From: Squalus acanthias
Taxonomy: Eukaryota
NCBI GenBank assembly: GCA_030390025.1
Contig: CM059432.1
Span: forward strand, 55,616,001 to 55,680,000
Direction of reading: 5' to 3'
Length of the DNA: 64,000 bases
A program made the translations under genes and the position numbers. Numbering within the stretch: position 1 is the first letter of the stretch; each line of letters begins with the position of its first letter. The notes beneath the pieces are model-generated. The model ran no database searches. It was not told the DNA's origin and worked only from the letters and a program-made list of their open reading frames with translations. This document shows positions 60,891-64,000 of the stretch, piece by piece.

Positions 60891-63800
60891 ATACAGACCG
60901 TAGGTGATAAAGATGACTTCACGCTGAATTGCATATGCAGGCCTGTTCAGTGAATATGTGCAGAAACTTGCATTTTTTATTCTTAGACAATTGGAAATGA
61001 TACTACTGCTTCAACATAGATGTTACATTTAAACTGACAACTGCCGGACGTAGTCTTTCCTAATTACATAATTTTAAAAACTGGAACTAGATTACGGTTT
61101 TGAAGAAATATTTCATTATTTATTTATTAATAAGAAACAGCATAAATTTCCAGGCCAATTGAAATACACTGAAGATTTCAAACAAAGCCTGTATATTTTC
61201 TACACAGCTAGCTGTCCATGACAAATTCGGCGAGTTATCAGCAAGGGAGGATACGTACAGCGGTTATGCTCTAGGAATCACACTGAGACAAGACAAAACG
61301 GCTGTCAGTGCCACTGGTTCGAATAGGAGAACATCTTGCAGCATGACGGCTGGTTCTGTTTCAGACTTAAAGTCATAGCATAGTCTTGTTTTTCTGGAAG
61401 ACTGCACCAAAAGCAGGACTGGTAACAAAAGCAAAAAGGCAGAAATGCAGAAATCTTGGAATAATTCATACTTGAGAGAGCTGGTCACGAAAATACAACA
61501 TCGCAGGGACAAAGCTGTTGAAGCGACCAGATTTAACTGAACTGCTTCAGACACAATGGATTCAGTACATACACAGAGAATGCACTCCCCCACAGCTAGT
61601 CCTTACTGCCTAGTGAAGCAAAAACAAAAGACAAACCATGAGCTCAATCACATTCAGTCATTAAAATAAAGAAGAAATCCTTCAAAATGTGTGTCTGAAA
61701 GGTTTTATCCTTCAAGAGTCTATTTGCACTTCAAAAGTTTGCCCCACCCTTCCTCCCCCAACGCTCCAAAAAACTCTTAATGTAAACCTTGGGATTGGTA
61801 CATTTAAATAACGAGGAGGAGATAAGTGGTGATTTATGTGCTGGTTTATTTCCTTTCTTCCTCGGGATGGGTCGCCAAGTTTGTAAGCAATACTTCATCA
61901 AACCGTTCACTCTTCAGATCTAAAGCTCCGGAAATGCTTGGACCTTGAACAACTCCTGTTTTTAATCTTTACTCACATGTCATCCTGCAAGTCGATGGAT
62001 GACTGAATGACCATGTGACTTCTAACTCTTCGACCTACACCCAAAGACTAAACAAGAGCTTGTGTTTTAAGTGTTTCTGCAGGGCCGCATGCCCCATGGT
62101 CAAAAACAATCAAATGTCAAAAGCATTTGGTATAACAGCTTCAGTTAATTTACATTTTCTTTTCTTTTCCCCAGTTGAGCTTTACATCAAAAACTTCAAG
62201 GTTTCAACAAATGACTGAAATAGAAATGATCCCTTTTGTTGGCTCAACTTTGAAACTCCAACTGTAAATAAACCTACAGAAACTTGGCTTTTTTCAGCAA
62301 GCGTTTTATATAACATGCTATAAAATTTAGTTTGGGGCAGTGCAAATAAACCACAAAACTACCATCATGTGCCAAAAACACAACTTTAACTGCAGCACTG
62401 AAATTAAACTTTTACAGCAGCTGCATATTTTCATTGTTAGATAGATTTGGAAAACAAGGAAGTATTTTTGCAAATATCTAACAGTTTTTGTCTTGACCTG
62501 CAGTATCAACTCATGTTGTTATGTCTTTACTGTACTGAACAGAGCAAGTTTTATTAACTCTTGTGAGGCCCTCCCACACATAGTGGATTAGAAAGAAGCA
62601 AATATAAGATGTGTTTGAATTACTTTTTAAAATTTAAAACATACAATGAAAATAAAAAAAATCATGCCTAGTCATTAGTAACAAGGGTGGTAGGCTACAG
62701 TCCAATTCACTTCAAGGGGCCATGGCTACATGCTGTGCACATCACATTACTGAGGATTCCAGATGACCCAAGGTAAAAGAAGAAAAAAACACTTACTCTG
62801 TTAAACCAGCGAACAAAGTCAGCATTCCAATTCCAATTGAATGCCATTGCAAGAGCCGGTAATTAAGACACTGGTGTTTGATGGGTTAGGATTATCCACA
62901 AGAAGCCAGCAGAATACGATGAGACAAAAGATGCAGTGCCAACTGTCAACTCGCACTTTATCATAAGAATGTATATTAACTGCTCATTTAAATAATGCAT
63001 TGAGATATCCAGTCAGTTAAGAATTCTGTGCTGCCTTGTAATATGCAACACAAAACATTTGTTATGTGCAAGGGTATCAATGCGTGTGTGTGCTTCCAAA
63101 TAAATCATGGGCATTACTATGAATCTGTATCTGAACTATATTTTTTTCTACACTACAAAACCAAACCCAAAAGTACAGACTCATTTATCCTTCATTTTAT
63201 TCCAGCATATCTGCTATATTCTGCTCCAAAGAAAGATTTTATACACTCTGTTATACCAGCACAGAAACACACCTCACAATGTAAGCACAGTCTCTGTTAT
63301 TAAGTGAATAAAATAAATTCAGTCCTTACCCAGAGTAACATATAGTCACAAGGCATGCTGATACAAATGGAATTTTTATACTTGAAAGATTAACCTGTTT
63401 AGAACTTTAGGTTTTTTCTTTGTTTTTGTAATCATGAGCTTCACATACAAAACTACATTAATTTTATTCTCCTACTTTTTAAAATCCCTTTAAAGTTTTG
63501 AAGCCATAAATATTTTTTCTGGCTGTACATCGGGTTCACTTTTAAGCTGTGCTGCTTGCAAACTGCTGGGTTGAAGTGAGTTGCAATGCACTATATCAAA
63601 CATAGAGCCACAAACATCATACATTTTTACTAATTAACCACCCACAATTAACAGAGTAATCTGCTGCTAACATAAATATAAGGATATGAAAGGTAAGAAT
63701 TTTGTTTACTACCATAAAATCAATAACTCATAGCTTAACGTGTTACTTTTCTACTTTTGACCAAGTTACCTGCATGACTTCCTTCTCATACTTAAAAACT

Positions 63801-64000
63801 TTACAGAAAACAAACTTCCATCTGTAAGTCAATATCGATGGTGTAAAGCACCACCTGCAAGTTATTTAGATAGTCTATTAACCACTAGCTACTTTTGTCA
63901 CCAGTTAGTTTAACCTTTGAAACATGTCAATCGATAGGCACAGAGTTTAACAGAAAGGTCAGTATGACCTTGTAAAGTCCGTCCTGTTCTTGATATTTAA

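Noticed and set aside
61264..61593. 109-aa minus-strand ORF, or a neighbouring gene exon such as GREB1L
   Set aside because: No recognisable homology or convincing splice boundaries; needs BLASTx

Overview
Eukaryotic, repeat-dense vertebrate DNA, most likely a cartilaginous fish (shark). This is inferred from an HE1-type V-SINE with a CR1/HER1 tail, Deu-domain SINEs and CR1/L2/Penelope families. The only host coding sequence I recognise is the 93-bp first coding exon of ROCK1 on the minus strand (22251-22343). Bases 1-22250 would therefore be ROCK1 intron, and the rest upstream or 5'UTR-intron sequence. About half of the window is transposon-derived. It includes a decayed two-gene PIF/Harbinger transposon (spliced Myb/SANT gene plus HARBI1-type DDE transposase, 2471-7514), at least seven non-autonomous Harbinger-type MITEs (3-bp TSDs, some with long internal hairpins and shared TGACGTCA motifs), and a young CR1 LINE with one stop in each ORF. 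It also holds many L2 fragments, a second CR1-group LINE family, an RTE fragment with a fold-back 5' end, SINEs, and two Penelope remnants carrying minimal hammerhead ribozymes. I found no prokaryotic system (CRISPR, operon). All family names come from motif recognition, not database searches.
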